A stretch of 64,000 nt of DNA from a virus (Duplodnaviria > Caudoviricetes), in the IMG/VR virus record IMGVR_UViG_3300028048_000080, positions 32,001 through 96,000 of that record; one strand, given 5' to 3'. Below, one piece after another: positions 61,789-64,000 of this stretch. Under the pieces are notes generated by a model that saw only the letters and a program-made list of their open reading frames with translations, did not search any database and was not told the origin of the DNA. Positions within the stretch are counted from its first letter, which is position 1. Each line of letters starts with the position of its first letter. Made by a program: the position numbers and the translations under genes.

Positions 61789-63180
61789 ATGAAAATAACA
61801 GAGTTAGAACTCATCGCCAGTGTGTGCGACGACTATGAATACGATACTATGTCATCCAATGAAGGCATGTGGTGCTTGGATGTATATAAATACGACAAGG
61901 CGCCGCATGGAACCATTGCGTTTTATTCGGATGATAATATCCGATACGGGCTGACCTTCGACTATACGTTTGACGACGTAACAAAGCTCCTGCAAGTTAT
62001 GCAGGAGATGAAGGAAAAAGATGATTACCATGATGTGCAGTTCCCATTTGATGAACATGGTATCGATTTGGACGACTTTGAGTGGGTACCCATGCCCGCA
62101 AGATGCAAGGGACGGCATATCAATGCTGAAGAAGTCGAAGAAGTGAAGGTTGAAGAGTTGAAGGAAATCGCTATGAAAACTATGACTATTGCTAACCAGA
62201 ATAAAATTGCTGCCGCTATCAACAATGTTACTGCTAAAGCTGAGGAGGAAAAAGCCATGAAGAAGAATAATCGTTACGTTGTTGCTATGGTAATTGGTTC
62301 TGTCGTAAACATGACGCAGATTAACGCCGTTAAAACTTGGCTGACTAAGAACGCTAAAGCCAGCGTGGATATCATCGTTAGCGGCAATCCCATTCGCGTA
62401 CAGAAGCTTGGCTGCGTCATTAACGAATTAAAGACTCCTATCCGCATGATTGGTTGCGGCGTAAAGAATAATGACATTTTTGCTTATACACATCAGGATG
62501 AACATCCTTGCGTATGGGCCATTAACCATAGTGACGTAGTGTTCACCATCGGCGATGGTATGGTAGTTACCGAAGCTAAAAAGTATGCCTTTAAGACCAA
62601 CCGTAGCTACTATAGCTATGGCCGTCAATTCGTAGAATCCATTTGCAAGGGCCATTACGATAAAGCCGTTATTACGCGCGCCGATATCGTAACCACCAAC
62701 GAGGCAAAGGCTATTAAGGCTGAAGAAGTCAAAGTTGTCGCCAAGCCCAAGGTAGACCTCATCGCCGTAGCCAAGGCCGAGATGGATGCCGCAAAGAAAG
62801 TGTATGATGCCGCCAAAGCTAAGTACGACAAGCTGGTAGCTGAATCCAAACCGGTAGCTAAGAAAGAGGTTGTCGGCCGCGGCAAAGAACTCTTCGTCGA
62901 CGTTGAGCTCAGCTCCAATATGGGTGATATTACGAAGTCCTTTACGGAAGAGCAGAAGAAAGCCGAAGAAGAAGCGGTTGATGAAGTCGTAGAAGCTTTT
63001 ATGGCTAAAGAAGAATCCATGGCAGAACCTGTTAAAGCCGACTTCACCTTCGAAGGTAAGGGTTACAACGTGATAGTCAAAGAAGCTTTTGATGTAGAAC
63101 TCTTTAACAGCTGTGATGCCGAGACTCAGAAGATGGTTATCGAAGAGTCTATGGCAGCGGGCCATATCGTAGCCGCATAA
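61789..63180 (+). CDS. Hypothetical multi-segment protein, possible degenerate SLOG (YspA-like) domain
   Basis: RBS; IIVSG..HSDVVFTIGDG..KKYA weakly SLOG-like; internal RBS+ATG at 62257. Confidence 0.5.
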   Translation: MKITELELIASVCDDYEYDTMSSNEGMWCLDVYKYDKAPHGTIAFYSDDNIRYGLTFDYTFDDVTKLLQVMQEMKEKDDYHDVQFPFDEHGIDLDDFEWVPMPARCKGRHINAEEVEEVKVEELKEIAMKTMTIANQNKIAAAINNVTAKAEEEKAMKKNNRYVVAMVIGSVVNMTQINAVKTWLTKNAKASVDIIVSGNPIRVQKLGCVINELKTPIRMIGCGVKNNDIFAYTHQDEHPCVWAINHSDVVFTIGDGMVVTEAKKYAFKTNRSYYSYGRQFVESICKGHYDKAVITRADIVTTNEAKAIKAEEVKVVAKPKVDLIAVAKAEMDAAKKVYDAAKAKYDKLVAESKPVAKKEVVGRGKELFVDVELSSNMGDITKSFTEEQKKAEEEAVDEVVEAFMAKEESMAEPVKADFTFEGKGYNVIVKEAFDVELFNSCDAETQKMVIEESMAAGHIVAA

Positions 63181-63236
63181 GATAATAGATAAGAGGGGCG
63201 CGCATGACGCCCCTCGTTATATTTAGGAGGTAAATT

Positions 63237-63749
63237 ATGAACAAGGATTTATCTGTTCGCCAGCTCAATGCTTTTAAGGTTGGCGCATGCAAGCTGGGCA
63301 TGCGCACGAGTTCTGATTACGTCAGAACTATTGGCGCATTCTTTGACGATTACAAGTTAAAAGAGTGCGAATATGACGGCAAGCTCTGGGAGATCATTGT
63401 GATGTTTGTGTTGGGAGTGTTCAAGGCATCCATGAAAGAACGTGGCATAAATTTCTGGATAGTCGTTGATTCCAGCTTGGATATCGCCCAGATTGACCTG
63501 GAAATAAATCACCGTCCGATACAGCTGAAGTATGATTTTTCAGCGTTAGCCATTACCGCCATACAGGATGTTCTGTCTTGTAGCGGCATCACCGTTGTAG
63601 GAGCCAAGAAAGGAGATGACCCAATAGATATTTTTCGCGACATACTAAAAGCGGCCGGACTCTCCGAAGAGGAGATCGACCGCGAGATTGATATTAATCC
63701 TGGTTTTGACGCCGCCTGTGAAGTGTGGGATTGGTTCACAGGCAATTAA
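63237..63749 (+). CDS. Hypothetical protein (170 aa)
   Basis: TAGGAGG RBS. Confidence 0.6.
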   Translation: MNKDLSVRQLNAFKVGACKLGMRTSSDYVRTIGAFFDDYKLKECEYDGKLWEIIVMFVLGVFKASMKERGINFWIVVDSSLDIAQIDLEINHRPIQLKYDFSALAITAIQDVLSCSGITVVGAKKGDDPIDIFRDILKAAGLSEEEIDREIDINPGFDAACEVWDWFTGN

Positions 63750-63752
63750 TGA

Positions 63753-64000
63753 TTACCAGGTGTGTTTTTTGACGGGAGCACTATTTAATGCCCGTAGCAC
63801 GCTATCCCTAGTAGGAGCAGATTCCTTACCGTTGCACAGCACGATGTCCCATCCTTCGCTGCATGAAGTTCCTGGCTGAACTGCTAAGATTTCCTGATAG
63901 ATCTCTTCCACGAGATTAAAGACGGACTGTTCCTTCGTCTTGTAAGCATTAAATGCGCTTACGCATTTGGGAGTAATGGCGGCGGCAAATTCATCGGTAA
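63753..64000 (-). CDS. 3' end of a convergent hypothetical gene (partial)
   Basis: Open minus frame from the window edge (TDEFAAAITPK...KKHTW) to TAA at 63753-63755. Confidence 0.45.
   Translation of the reverse strand, partial: TDEFAAAITPKCVSAFNAYKTKEQSVFNLVEEIYQEILAVQPGTSCSEGWDIVLCNGKESAPTRDSVLRALNSAPVKKHTW

Noticed and set aside
1-64000. Stop-codon reassignment, tRNA/rRNA genes, integrase, lysis cassette
   Set aside because: Genes tile densely in the standard code, and none of these elements was recognisable by eye. A tRNAscan/Infernal run would be needed to exclude RNA genes fully.

Overview
The window is part of a large, previously unnamed contractile-tailed (myovirus-like) phage genome, probably of a Firmicutes-type host given the strong AGGAGG Shine-Dalgarno sites. 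It uses the standard genetic code. Positions 1-55422 hold one long minus-strand morphogenesis cluster. In transcription order: small Gly/Ala-rich proteins and a probable TerS, TerL, portal with a MuF-like tail, prohead protease/scaffold, head protein, major capsid, neck proteins, sheath, three tube paralogues, two paralogous tail chaperones, three giant proteins (2195, 2960, 2829 aa), a baseplate spike-like protein and a tail lysozyme. After a strand switch at about 55.5 kb comes a plus-strand early-type region. The main finding is an apparent two-RNA-polymerase system. (1) The 2960-aa protein in the tail module carries a two-barrel RNAP active-site signature (RYP..GDYDSD) and an N-terminal DEDDh exonuclease domain, so it is a candidate virion-packaged RNAP-exonuclease fusion. 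(2) A YonO/QDE-1-like RNAP (DFDGD) is split over two adjacent early genes. Also seen: a recurrent GGTAAT(A) late-promoter candidate, a duplicated 31-bp palindrome bracketing the giant RNAP gene, an unannotated 25-aa peptide with a convergent antisense promoter, and small pseudoknot-like elements. All assignments come from motif reading and gene order by eye; no database search was run.
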